The notes under the pieces were generated by a model, which worked only from the letters and a program-made list of their open reading frames with translations, was not told the origin of the DNA and made no database searches. From the NCBI RefSeq assembly GCF_000143415.4, contig NW_003314283.1:258752-322751 (forward strand): a stretch of 64,000 nt of DNA. Reading direction: 5' to 3'. The DNA is from Selaginella moellendorffii. Taxonomy: Eukaryota; Plantae; Lycopodiophyta. Positions 50,144 through 62,454 of this stretch are shown here, one piece after another; position 1 is the stretch's first letter, and each line of letters begins with the position of its first letter. A program made the translations under genes and the position numbers.

Positions 50144-50561
50144 GATGGCATGTATTTATTTAAAAATGTAACTTATTATGGCATGGGGTTCCATGCCATT
50201 GTATTAATATTAAAAGACAATTCTTTGAGAGGATTTGCATTATACTAGAAGTGTTACAGCATGTTATTGGAAGTCTGCGAAGTTGTTTTATTAATAAGGG
50301 GAAAGTAAAGATTGAATGGGGACTTGGGCTCCACCTAGACTCGGAGCAACTGAGCCAATATTAAAAAGATGGAAAGAAATTGGACGACGATGATAAGGAG
50401 AAGAGAGAGGTGAAGCAGTGGCAAGGGGAGGAGAAGTGATTGAGTAGACATTTCCTTGTTTAAAATAAAATGGCATGTGCCTCAATGCAGTTGAATTTTG
50501 TTATATTTATATACTATATAAAGGTTTGGAAACCTTATTTTACAAGTGGGATAATGACAAT

Positions 50562-50585
50562 TCCCACTTTAACTAAATAGAGCTT
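50562..50585 (-). repeat. Right terminal inverted repeat
   Basis: TCCCACTTTAACTAAATAGAGCTT followed by TGGT. Confidence 0.88.
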
Positions 50586-51351
50586 TGGTCAAGCTTTTCT
50601 TTCCTTCCTTTTATTTTTGTTTTGTTCTTCTAATCCTCTTATCTATTTCTCAGGACTTACGAAAACATTTGATTGAATGCAATGTCTGTGGTAATCTGCC
50701 ATTCGTGACACTGATCGGCTATATGCAACTGTGTTATAAAGAAGATAACTCCTTCCAAAGAACACCTAAGAATTAACGCTGTTTTTTTGTGTGTGTGAAG
50801 AAATGAATGTAACTCTCCAGACCTGCGCTTGAATTTATCCTCTGAGGTGCCTGCTGCGGCTCTCAACGGGATCGAGCAACACTCCCACTATCTACATGTT
50901 TCATGAGAACACAGACTTACACAACTTGTATGAGCAACCTAGTCATCAAGGGTAATTTCTTTTCATTTCCAACACTAAGCTAATACGAGGGCGGAGGCTC
51001 CAAAGTGACGAGCACCATGGAAATCTAATGCTCTCTAAGGCTGATTTTATGCATGGCATGGAAAGTTTTCCTTCTTTATCCTCTCTTCTATGAATTTTTT
51101 TCTGTGGTGTTGTAGCTTGATATAAAGTCTTACCATATAAAGCTTATCTTCCATATTGCGATTTCGTGAGAGAAGCTTCTCCACCAGTGTTAGCTAGACC
51201 TGAATATATTAACGTAAACAAAATTTTCTTAAAATTCCACATACAAATTCATGATTCCACAAACTCTAAAAACATGTGGCATAAACTTTAAAAAAGGCTA
51301 AGAAACCCAATTACCCTTATCTCACCATAATTTAGCTTTAAGACCAGTCTT

Positions 51352-53917
51352 TCAGATACAAAGACACGTTTTTGCTCCACCTAATGGCTGTATGTCCTGA
51401 ACTGTTTTACATAATGGCTGTATGTCCTCAACTTTTTGGCGTTTCTGTGGCTGGCCACCACTAGAGAGCTGACTGGTAAAACCAAGCTGTCCCAGATCTT
51501 GCTCTGTATAAGGCAAAACTGGCAGTTGCAGTAGTCCATTTTCTGAAGCAAAATCTATCAGCCTGTTCAAACCTTCATCTTTTGTCTTTTTCTTCCACTC
51601 CGGAAAATTAAGATTGCCCAAAGCATTCGAAACTTTATCTTGAGTGGCTTTATCATTCAAGGATTTCATCTGTAATAAGTAAGGAATGAACTGCCATTTC
51701 CCTTCATAATTGTTGGTGAGAAAAAACAATGCGTCTAGAGGAAAGCCACCCCAGCCACCATCACCAGTCTGGAGAACCGTTGGAAACGTGTCAGCCTGCC
51801 TTTCAACGCTCTTGAGATACTTCTCAAGTGTATAGCAGTTGGCACCATGGATGTGCCTTTTACCGCACATCCTTGTCACAACTTTTGTGGCAACACGTGG
51901 TTTCACCACATTTGCAACCTCAAAATATATTGCAGGAACAGCCTTTCCGTCCAATGCGCCAGCAACCATAAGACCCATAGCCACCTGCCTTTCAAACTCT
52001 AGACCGACTGTCACGTTACTACCTTGACCCTTGGCGTTAAACTGCTGCTTATCAGGATGGTCAGGTGATGCCCTTCGTGGGTCCTCATGACTTGAAATAG
52101 CTGTTGCTGTTGTTGTATCAAATACTCTTGGCTGACTCCAAAAGTAATGAAAAAGAGCTCGGAAGATGGCAGGTTCCTCAAGTCTGATCCAAGTGTCTCT
52201 ATCCTGCTTTGCAGAGAATTTATCCAAGTCCTCCAATGCAACACTATTTCCACTGCTTAGCCAGGCTAACCCAAACTTCACAAGGCTAAGAGATGGTAAA
52301 GTGGACATAGACCCAAACATCTGATGATACAGTATCACCTCTAGCTCCTTGAGTGCTGCAACATTTTGAGGCCTTTGGAAAAACAGCTCCACATCCCCCA
52401 GAACCGTCTTATCCATGTAGAGTTCTGGTTTTGATTTACCATGCTGAGAACGACTGATTGTACTTGAGGTGCACATCTTCTCAAAAAAGTCAATCAGAAA
52501 TTCTGTTGCCTGCTCCAAGGGACGCTTGCTCCCAATGAAATGCTCAAGTGCTGTGACAAAGAACCTGTACCTCCCTTTGTACAAATCACAGACCCTCTGC
52601 ATATCAATACCATCCACACTTTGGAGTAATTTGCCAGCATAGGTCTTGAAGTCCTTGACAGTGATGAATCCACCAAATCCATGAAAGACGATAACAGAAG
52701 CTCTCCCTAGGGTGCGGAAGATATCCTGTGGCCTAATCAGCATAGCTTCGGTGCTTGCATAGTAGAATTTTCTAAATCCACTATGTATGAGAGCAGGAAT
52801 GAGAATATCAAGGAATGATTTCGTGCAAAATCCAAGACTTGGCGAAGAAAACCGCTTCTCTAACCAAGTGTTTATAATTTGGCACTCATCAAAGATGATC
52901 GGACCATCCCAGCTCCCTCTTAAACGATCCAATACCCCCTGGAAATTACCTTCAACGAGTTTCAAGTCCCTTTCAGTCCGTATAAGGTCCAAAAGTCTAC
53001 TGGTGAGCAACATAAACGGATCTTTATGCTCGAATAAAGGCATTGCAACCTGTTTAAACAGCCACGCTTGACCTGTACTGTCCATTTTCTCCAGCTGACG
53101 TAGCAAATAAAACCTGCTAATGAGCATAGCTTTGAGACAGATTGCAGCACTAACTTCTGGAATGCCTCCAGTTGGATATAGCTTCATCAACTTTGATACC
53201 ACTAACTTGAGATCTCCTGAACCTTCAGCTCCAACACCCCCCACAAAGAAGAGCCCACGCTGTGCTACGGCGATCTCATATAATGTCCTGGTCTTCCCCG
53301 ATCCCGACACATTGAAGAGAACAGTGAGGGTCGGCCGCGCTTTGGAAGTTACATCCATGATATGCTTGGATGCTTCAAAAGGCTGGTCTAGTGCATGCCA
53401 CAAGAGGCGAGGGCATTCATCTGTAGGAGCCTTTGGCAGTGGGACTTTACAAACCGGGAAATCCACCAGAAACCCATCCGGCTTGAGATATTCAAGATTT
53501 GGCTTGGGTAACTCATCCCAGAACTTATCCAAGAGACTATCTACATGAGCCACAGTCCCATCTGCTTTGCCTGGTTCTGCAAGAAAAAACAACGCCAAGT
53601 CAAAATTTGCAAGAGACGCAACTGGGGACCCAAAAAGGGACCAAGAGATCTAAAAAGGAAAGACAAACAATGAAAGCCAAAGGCTTACCCTTCGACTTCA
53701 GTAAGAGACTGCGGAGCTGCTCCTCCTTCTTGACCAGGCACTTCTCCTCCTTGGGATCATTTGATTGCTCGAGTTGCACCTCGACCGCACTAATTTGGCC
53801 ATCAACCGCATTAATTTGGCCCTCAACCACAGCAATCTGACGTTCAACTTCCCGGAATTCCCTTGACAAGCCAGAAACAGGATCATCCACCTCCATGGGC
53901 TCAGCTGAAGACGCCAT
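51352..53917 (-). CDS. Second Crinkler/RHS-like NTPase + nuclease gene (paralog of 20252-22864), two exons
   Basis: Same Walker A FNVSGSGKTR, Walker B IIFDECQ and GLEFE..LDALFFL..LLQMK; same intron position after LLLKSK; ATG at 53917. Confidence 0.7.
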
Positions 53918-54558
53918 AAGCCAAACCCTAGCCTTTAGGATACACTTTTCTTTCAAAAGAATTTGATGGGTTAACACAACTTTAAAACAGTTTTAAAATA
54001 TTTAGGACTTCATTTAGTCCATTCAGTTTTGTATATAAGCAAAAGTCTAAACCCCAATTAATATATTTATTTCTATATCCCTGTTGTAAATGTGATTCTA
54101 GATATTAAAAATTATTTATCAGTTAGTCCTTTCGGATATTTTTTCCTTACTACCATGACAGCAGAAGCTTGTTATTGCTAGATCTTTTATTAATCTCCAT
54201 TCAAGTTAATTAAGAAATTGATCAATAGCCATATACTTAAATCGGATAAACATAAAGTAGGAACTCATATGTGTTTTTTACTGAGTATACTTGGTCTGAT
54301 TTGAGAAACTCCTATCATTAGCTTGCATTTGTTAGTGTTGAGAACCTCTGCGATATTAAGTTTCATCCTTCAATATTCACTAAGTGATAGTTTACTGTAT
54401 CTACTAATTTGGCATATCTACAGAATGTAGAGACTACCTTAAACACAATGGTGCATCCTATTCCTAAATTTGAAATTTAACACCATTTTATATTTAGTAA
54501 GTTTGAAGTTAGTCCTCCTGGTATTAAGGATATGTAAAGGTGAAAGCATTACTCCAGG

Positions 54559-54658
54559 NNNNNNNNNNNNNNNNNNNNNNNNNNNNNNNNNNNNNNNNNN
54601 NNNNNNNNNNNNNNNNNNNNNNNNNNNNNNNNNNNNNNNNNNNNNNNNNNNNNNNNNN
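54559..54658. other. Assembly gap (100 N)
   Basis: Run of N. Confidence 1.
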
Positions 54659-55122
54659 GCAGTTGCGGTGTTGTGAGTAGCGCTATGAGTAGTTGCAGTG
54701 TTGTGAGCGGCACTGTGTTTGGTGTGGTGCCGGCTTCCTCTGGATATTCGACGCTTGTGATTCATGGTATGTTCGCCATGGAATGGCTTAGGTCTCACAT
54801 TTAGAAATGGCATGAGGCCACATGCCATCTTGGGACCTTGCAATTTCATGGCTAGCGTATTGTCATGTATGTTGTTACTTTCGTGCAGCAGTGTGTATAT
54901 CAAGATGGCATGAGGGCTCATGCCAATTTTGTGAATGCGAAATTTCACGTGGGTGTCAATAGCATGTTAGAATAATGGCATGTGGCCTCATACTATGGAG
55001 GTTGTTTGGTATGTTATGATTTAGGCCATTCTACAATCATTTTTTGTATGGTATTAACTTCTTTTTTGCACTTTCAGAATGGCCTTCAGGGTTGGGGAAA
55101 AGGTTTTCATTTTGAATGGTGG
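54659..55122 (+). mobile_element. Internal fragment of a second copy of the Sola-like transposon family (inverted relative to 41635-42090)
   Basis: High reverse-complement identity to 41635-42090, including palindromes at 54807, 54905 and 54975 and the transposase start ATGGCCTTCAGGGTTGGGGAAAAG at 55079. Confidence 0.9.
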
Positions 55123-55299
55123 TGGGGGGGGGGGGGGTTCCAAACATGTAGTAGGGATAGTGGGTAGGTCAAGCATGGCTGACTAACTTAAGGCATAGTA
55201 TAACTTTCACTTGTATATTTGAACAGTTCTAAAGCAGTTAGCATCCCAATGCCAAAACCAACACATAAAATGGAGCTAAATGGAGTCTGGTATTATTTC

Positions 55300-57035
55300 A
55301 ACATACTAGTGGCATAACGTAAAGATATGGGTACTCCACTAACTAGCATAGTATGAAACTTGGGCTATCGCTCTGTGCTCCTATCCCTTTGCTCCTTGGG
55401 TTATATGCTTGAGAATTGTTTTGTATTCTAGTTCTATTGCTCTTTAGCTCCATGCCTGGGAGTTTGGCTCCATTTCTTCTTTTAGTGGCTTAATGCCTTG
55501 AAACTCATGTTCCATTCCACTGTCATTATACATGTGACATATGGCATATAATATGTGACATATGGCATATGGAAGGTTCAGGTTTCACTTTATGGTTATC
55601 CTATGGTAAATTATTATAGGACAAAGGGTAAAAACCACATGTGCTATATTTGGTATGAGATGATACATCTTAACTAGTACTATCCAATGAGATTGAGCAA
55701 CTAGTCTCATTGCATATGCATAGATAAAAACAATGATCCAAATGGGTGCATATTTGGGTGCTATGACTTTGCATTTGTTCTTTCAGTATGGATTTTGGTT
55801 ACCTTTTTATGCTATATTATGTGAGGTTAGATTTGAGGTGTTCCATTTGCATGAGTTTGTGCTTGGGCTCCTGAGTGAAGCACATTAACAACTCAAGGTT
55901 ACACTTTAAGTTGGCAAGATTAATAATAGCCTATCGGTTTTACCATAAGTTGTTCTATATACTATGAGTAGAAGTAAACTTTTCTTAAGTTTGCTATATA
56001 TTGACTATGATGGTCTTACAAGTGGTGAGTCATAGGATAGATAGTGGTGAACCATTAAACCATTTTGTCTAAGCTTGTTATTAAAAATTTCTCAATTCTT
56101 GTCCAGGGAACCTTGTTATGGCTCTTTGAGTAGCTTGATGTTGGATTAGTTTTAAGTTTGGTCGGAAAGAGAGTGGTATGAACTTATCCATGTTGTAAAC
56201 AAAAGTTGGTGTCCAGTGTTATAAATCTCTATCAGTGGGGTATGGCATTTATGTTACATTTTGTGGAATAAAGTTGACATTTGATACTCATGTAAACTTT
56301 TGAAGTAATAACATGGGCTTTTTTGTGGTGTTACTCTATTGATGATCAAGTCATTGTGATTTTTATATCATATCCATGTGATCATGAATAATATGTTTAC
56401 GAAGTTACTAGGGTAAATAATGATCAACCCCAAAATGGTTGATAGTGAAGCTAGTTTACTTGCAAATAATAACATTATAATAGCTTTAACTGGATTCTCA
56501 ATGGTGATCCATTATGTTAAATTTAAGTTAATACCTTGTTTCCTTGAGGGTTTACCCATTGAGGTGTTGGAAAAGTTGTAACATTCATTTGCCATGGCTT
56601 GTTGATTTATCTGTTAACACTTGGAGTAAATTGTTAGATAGAGAAAGTGTGTAATTAAAGCATTAACATCACTAACACTTGTGTTAGTGAAAGTGGCATT
56701 ATTGTTTCGAGTGATGAGGAATTTTCCATAAAGTTTGATTTTTCATGTCATTTTTTTTTATTAGTGTTTTTGGCTTCATATTAGATCTTGAAGGTGGTTG
56801 AAAAAGAGTGTTAGTGCAATGTGGATATCTAAAGATATGGTTTTTGTGATCAAGCTTTTAGATATTTATTTTGCATTTTATGGATGTCGGTGTTGGATGT
56901 CGGAAATATAGGTATGATGTTCAATGTTTAGATATATTGTTAGGTCATAAGAATTTGTGTTGAGGTGAATCTATATGAGATTATAGGTAGAAGGAAGTTG
57001 GTTGAGTCGAACCCGAGACCCACTCTAATACCAAA
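55300..57035 (-). mobile_element. Decayed Ty1/copia-like internal region
   Basis: PBS-like TGGTATTAGAG on the minus strand at ~57023-57033; faint integrase-like remnants (KTDR ~55935, ANG ~55845); no intact ORFs. Confidence 0.4.
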
Positions 57036-58079
57036 TGTAAGCTTTTAAATTTGGATTTTCTAAGAGGTCACCTAACACAATACTACTCAAACCCAAGGAA
57101 CTTAACCCTAACTATCCTAAAACCCTTAATTAATTGAAAAAAAGGTTGCACTTTTATTTATGGGTCCTTTCCTTTTATATTTAAACCCTATGGATCATTT
57201 CTCAAGTCATTCTCTTTGGTTGCTTACATTGGGGTTAAGGCAATGGAGTTGGATAGAGTCTGAAGTAAATATAAAAAAGTGGTTGTTGCATTTTTCTAGA
57301 AAGATGACTTTTATGCCTTTCTTTTATAACATTATATTATGTGGTAAATTGCACCTTACATTTTATTATACTCTATGAGAGTAGTGAGCTCTCATTGATC
57401 TTGAGTTGGTCTTGATAGCCCTGCACTTTGGCTAAGGATGGTGATGTCCAATTTAGTTATTTGAGGTTAAGATGTTAGAACCTATACTATAACTTTGTCT
57501 ATGAGGAAGTTATGTACCATTTTATGGTCATCACTTTAGTTTCAACTAAGTATTGATGATGCATAGCTAGCCTCTTCAAGGCATGCTCAAAACTGTTGGT
57601 TAAACACATTAGTGAGTTTATTGTGGTTGAGTTGGATTTGAGTGGTCATTTAGTATATACTTATCTATGTTTCTATATCTAGTACCTTGAGTGTATCTTT
57701 CTGTTGGATAAGTATGTAGCTCAATGATGTGAGTTTAGTGTTTGGGTGTTGTGAAAGGCAAGTTGAAGAATGATTGCTGATTGCTTGTAAATTTTGTCGA
57801 GGACTATAGACACTTTCTTTGCTCGATGAAGATTTATTAATGATGGGCTTGCTTTACTAAATGATGTTATGGAGGATCGTGTCATTAAACTTGCATGAAT
57901 TTTCCATGTTAGCATATTGATTTTACCTTTGTCGATATCATTTGGATGCATTTAGTCTGTGGTGTTGGATTTCATTGAGTCTTGGACATGGTGAATCACT
58001 CCTTGATGATGTGTTATCTATAACTGAGTATTGTTGAAGGATTAATCTCTTATATTGAGTAAAGTATCTTCAACTTTGG

Positions 58080-59676
58080 TGTGAGACACAAAATCCCTAA
58101 GCCCCAAAGTGGAGCTGAAAGGGTGCCACATGGTAATGGCCGAAGTGAAAGCTAAACGAGTGTAACACGTTTAGACTCAAAATTCCAACTTGAAAGGTCG
58201 AGAGCGGGAGTGGAACTCCCAACGAAGTGCTCGAGGAACAAACACAAAGCGAGCAATAAGTGAGTCTCTAGAAACGGGACCCGAGATGGACCCAAGATGG
58301 AGTCTAAGATGGACCCGAGATGCAGTTTGAGATGAACCCAAGATAGAGCCCGAGATGGACCCAAGATGGACCCGAGATGGAGTTCGAGATGGAGTTTGAG
58401 ATAGAGTTTGAGATGGACTTGAGATGGAGTCTGAGATGGACCCGAGATGGACCCGAGATGGAGTCCAAGATGGACCCGAGATGGACCCGAGATGGAGTCC
58501 GAGATGGACCCGAGATGGAGTCCAAGATGGACCCGAGATGGAGTCTGAGATGGAACCGGGATCGAGACCGAGACCGAGACTGAGACCGTGACCGAGACTG
58601 AGACCGAGTCCAAGTCCGAGACCAGGACCGAGACCGAGTCCGTGTCCGAGTTCGAGTTCGAGTCCGAATACTAATATAGGCAGCTGGATGAAAGCCCAAA
58701 GATATCGTCCCCCAGAGGGGGGAAGGGGGGGGTTCCAAAAGTATAGTAGGGAGAGTGTGGGGGTTGGAGCCCAATGGAGCCAGTTTGGCTAGGAAAGGTT
58801 AATTTGGCCCAAAAAGGCCATACCCAATGTTGGGTGATGAACTGACCACTGGGAAGTCCAAGACTAGAGTGAATACGGACTGATAAACGGGGTAGCTTGG
58901 TGAAGTGTTCAAGAGCCGACTCTAGTTCCCCCGGGAGATCGAATGGCCAATGCTCCTAGTCTAAATGTGGGTGGCACTACCTACTTGGATACCTGGCGTG
59001 GCTCAACAGAACCTCACTCTAAGCCCATGGCTAGAGCACCCAAAGGCGAAAGGCAAGGAGAGTACCCACAAGGCTCACATAAAGCCACGGTGTTCCGAAA
59101 TGTTGTCCCAAAGTCCCAGGCTGTGAAAAGGAAGAGGAGCAATCCCCTAGTGTAGAGACCAAGGACATAGTCACACAGTGAGGAAGTCCCAGAGGATAGT
59201 GGGACTTAGTGGTCGGGCCTGTAGGCCTTGATCTAGTGGCAATGTTGGCGAACGCGGCTATGGACAGAAAGGGATTTGGTGGGGACCGAAACAAAAATAT
59301 TGGGGAAGGCTGTTCCCCATATCTGCAGGCATCCTAAAGATGCTAAAGAGTGGATCTGGGATGACCACTCATAGACAGATGGCCCAGTCTTTGAGAGACG
59401 GGATTGCAACACAGGTGGTGTTGGACCACTAATGTGACCAAGGTGAATGGGCATGGCCTAGCGTAACAGACTGATATGTTAGTGGTACCTTCGGGTGTCG
59501 GTCATGGGATTGGACATGTGGAGCACTTGGACCAAGTGTGCAAAATTTGAGTGGCATAGATGCCATTCTTGAGGTTAGCAAGCCCCAAATCCTGAATTGG
59601 ATTTATGGAGGTTGTGAGTAAGACTCTTTTTAGTGGTCGGAGAGGTGGTTAAATGACTAAAAATTAATCTATTACA
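58080..59676 (+). mobile_element. ~1.6-kb LTR (TG...CA) with internal GAGATGGACCC/GAGACC minisatellites, followed by a tRNA-Met-type PBS
   Basis: Starts TGTGAGAC and ends ATTACA; TGGTATTGGAGC follows at 59680-59691; an inverted homolog lies at 62455-64000. Confidence 0.7.
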
Positions 59677-62454
59677 ACTTGGTATTGGAGCTGTTCCTTA
59701 GTCCGACTTTTATTAGTGCTCAAGTATATCACCATTGATGTTGGCATCGGAAGGTCCTAGGAGTTTGCCTATCCTTGAGGAGTAGCTGTCAAGAGGACAT
59801 GGCTCTCCACTCAAATTCATGCGTGAACTTGGGCACGATGTGGTGGATAGAAAAGGGCCAGTAAGGGATTGACTTTGAGATCTTGGGAACAGTATAAGGG
59901 TTTCCTTAGAGAGTTGAGGACGTGATCTAGATAAGCATTTGACTCAATAAACTGGCTAATATAGTTGTGGTAAACAGCTATAATTGGGATCACGGGAAAG
60001 ATAGAGACTCTAAAACAATGAAGGAGTCACAAGATTATCCTTATTTAGTTGAGGTTGGTGCTCATGAATTTGAGACCAAAATTAATGACTATGGGAAGTC
60101 AAATACGGAAGAGGACACAAGTCCTTGAAATGGTAGCCAGGGCTACCTTTAATAAATGCTGGAACAACCCAAGGAGTTGAGGGTGTATTTAGTGGATGAG
60201 TTAGTATTCTCATCACATGGACAAGTAGTCTTAAAGGGCAAAGATTGCCCCTAGAGAACAAAATCAAGTGTTGGAGTAACACTTGCAAAGATGGTCCTTG
60301 TTAGTAGGACATGAATACAAGAAGTTATATTTCAGCAAGCTGGCAGCTCAAAATAGTACCTTATGGGTCATTGCATTATAAAGTCCAAAAATGCTAAATG
60401 ACTCAAGTAGAGTCAAGGAATGGTCCTAAAGGATTGCTAAAAAATATTTGGACTGTGGTGTGTTGTGCCCCACGATGAATGGGGAGGATCATAAGATCCA
60501 AGTATGAGAATAGTGGGTATCTCATTAATGGCAGAAGGTGCCATATTAAAGTTGTGGGAAAAGTGTTCCTAAAAGAAAACAACTTTGACACAAAGTTATG
60601 TATAAATTCTATAGTGCAGTGCTAATGAATAGTTGGTATAAGAAAGGACCGTATTAGTCTTAACAAAGACCTAGACACAAGTAAAAGTGTCATAAAAATA
60701 GGCTCATGGAGCCAATGGTGTGGAGACACCGAATGTGCCAAGGCAGGATGCCTTGATGTCAAATTAGTGGGTTCATGAGAACCCTTTCCCAAAGGAATTC
60801 TAATGGAAATAGGAATGGCATAGCCTAAGCTAGAAAGCATATAATTTGAGTGTAATGACCCAAATAATGATAGAAGTGTGGAAGCACTAGTAATGAGTTG
60901 TAGGACTTGACAACTATGAAGCAACTAAGTAAGAGGTGCAAGATAATTAGTTAAACGGGTAAAAGTAGTTACCCAAGACTTCTTAATGGCAGAAGGAAAT
61001 TAGATATACCCTTACGGGGGATAAATTGCTTATGTTGCGATATAGTAAGTTAATGTTGTAAAAGAAAATGCTTATTGTCAAGGAGGCCATCATTGGGACA
61101 CCCAAACACTCTAGGACATCAGGAGGTGGTGTTTAGTGTCACGAGGGCAATAGATAAGGCCCAAGGGACTAAGTCCCTAGTGAATGATGGATAAAAAGTG
61201 CTATCCAAACGTCCAAGGTTGCGGAGATAAAAGAAGACTGTTTACCCAAATTGGACAAAGCCAAAATGGAGTTTTGCCAAGGTAGTGATAGGCATATAAA
61301 AGCCCATAAGTAGCAATATTAATCCCAGGGTGTGAGATTATAAGTTGAGCATACCGGATTGAGGAACCACTCCCTAGGCTATTGGGTAGGTTCATCCTTA
61401 AGAATAGTTGCTACGGCAAAGTAGAAAGTGCAAAGCTATCCTCCTAGTCTGGAGGAGAATAACCAAAAGAAATGTGTGAGGCTAAAAGTAGGTAGTAAGG
61501 GGATAGAACCAAACCATATAAATCAAATTGCATAACCAAGGGTGATTATGCTAGTTGGGAGTAAAGAATCAAGTGGGTGCCCAAGCATGTTGTTACTAGC
61601 AACCGTGATGTCGTGGAGAGTCTAAAGCATGGAATTGTCCATATTAGACCATATAGCAATTAAAAAGCTTACAAAAGAAAAGGCCTTAGCAAGTTAAGAG
61701 ACAGAATTCCTTCAAAGGTTCCCAAAGACAATTCTAGGTAGCTGAGTACTTAGAAAGCCAAGTGTAAATAGTTCATAGAATGTGTGAAATTAGAGTGGCA
61801 CAGCAGAAGTGTGGCCTTGAAACTTGCCATAACGCAATGCTATCAAGGTTGGGGAAGCAGTTCCCGAGTGCTCAAAGGGATGGCTTTGAATGAAAGTCAA
61901 TGGTTGAGGACTTTCACGCTTGTGCATGAAACCATATTACATTGGTCGGATGATTTTGCTAAGTGAGATTGGCAAGTCATGGGAACAAATCCCTTAATTG
62001 AAGGTGCTAATTTCAAAAGGGGTGGCCCATGGGGTTAGGTATGGAGGAATCCATGCATGATCACAAACTTGTCAAGTAAAAGGACTTGGCAATGCAGAGG
62101 AACTAAGTTCCTAAGTTATGATTTATAGCGTGCTTTAACTATAAGTTGGTGCACCGGCGTGGGGAGTCACGTCAGGCATCTTGGATGATGCCTTTCATAG
62201 ATGCATATACGAAGGTTAGGTTCAAGTCCTGACCCTCTAGTGCTTGGGTTTGTGTCCCAACTCACTAGGGCGTGGTGATGGTTTGAAATATGAGGACACT
62301 CATTTTTTGGTGGTCATGGACTCCAAGTAAGGAGACTGGCTTGGGCACACCGGAGTTGTGATGCACAGTTATATTGCTTAGTGTGGCTCGGCATATCTAA
62401 ATTAAACACTTTGGTGTGAGTGGCACCAAGACGTAATGAATGAAATGAGGACAC

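Larger units (their letters stand above)
37633..50491. repeat. Dispersed 22-bp palindrome family ATGGCRTG-N6-CAYGCCAT (~24 copies)
   Basis: Copies start at 37633, 37947, 38036, 38443 (half), 39859, 39916, 41762, 41832, 41930, ~42545, 42617, 43474, 43553, 43712, 43847, 44649, 44726, 44786, 46063, 47538, 47679, 49026, 49101, 50178 and 50470 (degenerate). Confidence 0.92.
37407..50585. mobile_element. 13,179-bp cut-and-paste DNA transposon (DUF7869/Sola-like) with TIRs, 4-bp TSD and a cargo gene
   Basis: Left TIR 37407-37430 AAGCTCTATTTCGTTAAAGTGGGA; right TIR 50562-50585 reverse complement AAGCTCTATTTAGTTAAAGTGGGA (23/24 match). TGGT flanks both ends (37403-37406 and 50586-50589). Internal DDE transposase. 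Confidence 0.88.

Noticed and set aside
37633-50491. Palindromic repeats interpreted as a CRISPR array
   Set aside because: Spacing is irregular (tens of bp to kb), copies lie in introns and exons, there are no cas genes, and the context is eukaryotic.
54439-54948. ORFs spanning the N run
   Set aside because: Artefacts of the assembly gap.
58152-58774. Ser/Gly/Arg-repeat ORFs here and at 63170-63917
   Set aside because: They are translations of minisatellites inside the LTR and are open in several frames on both strands.
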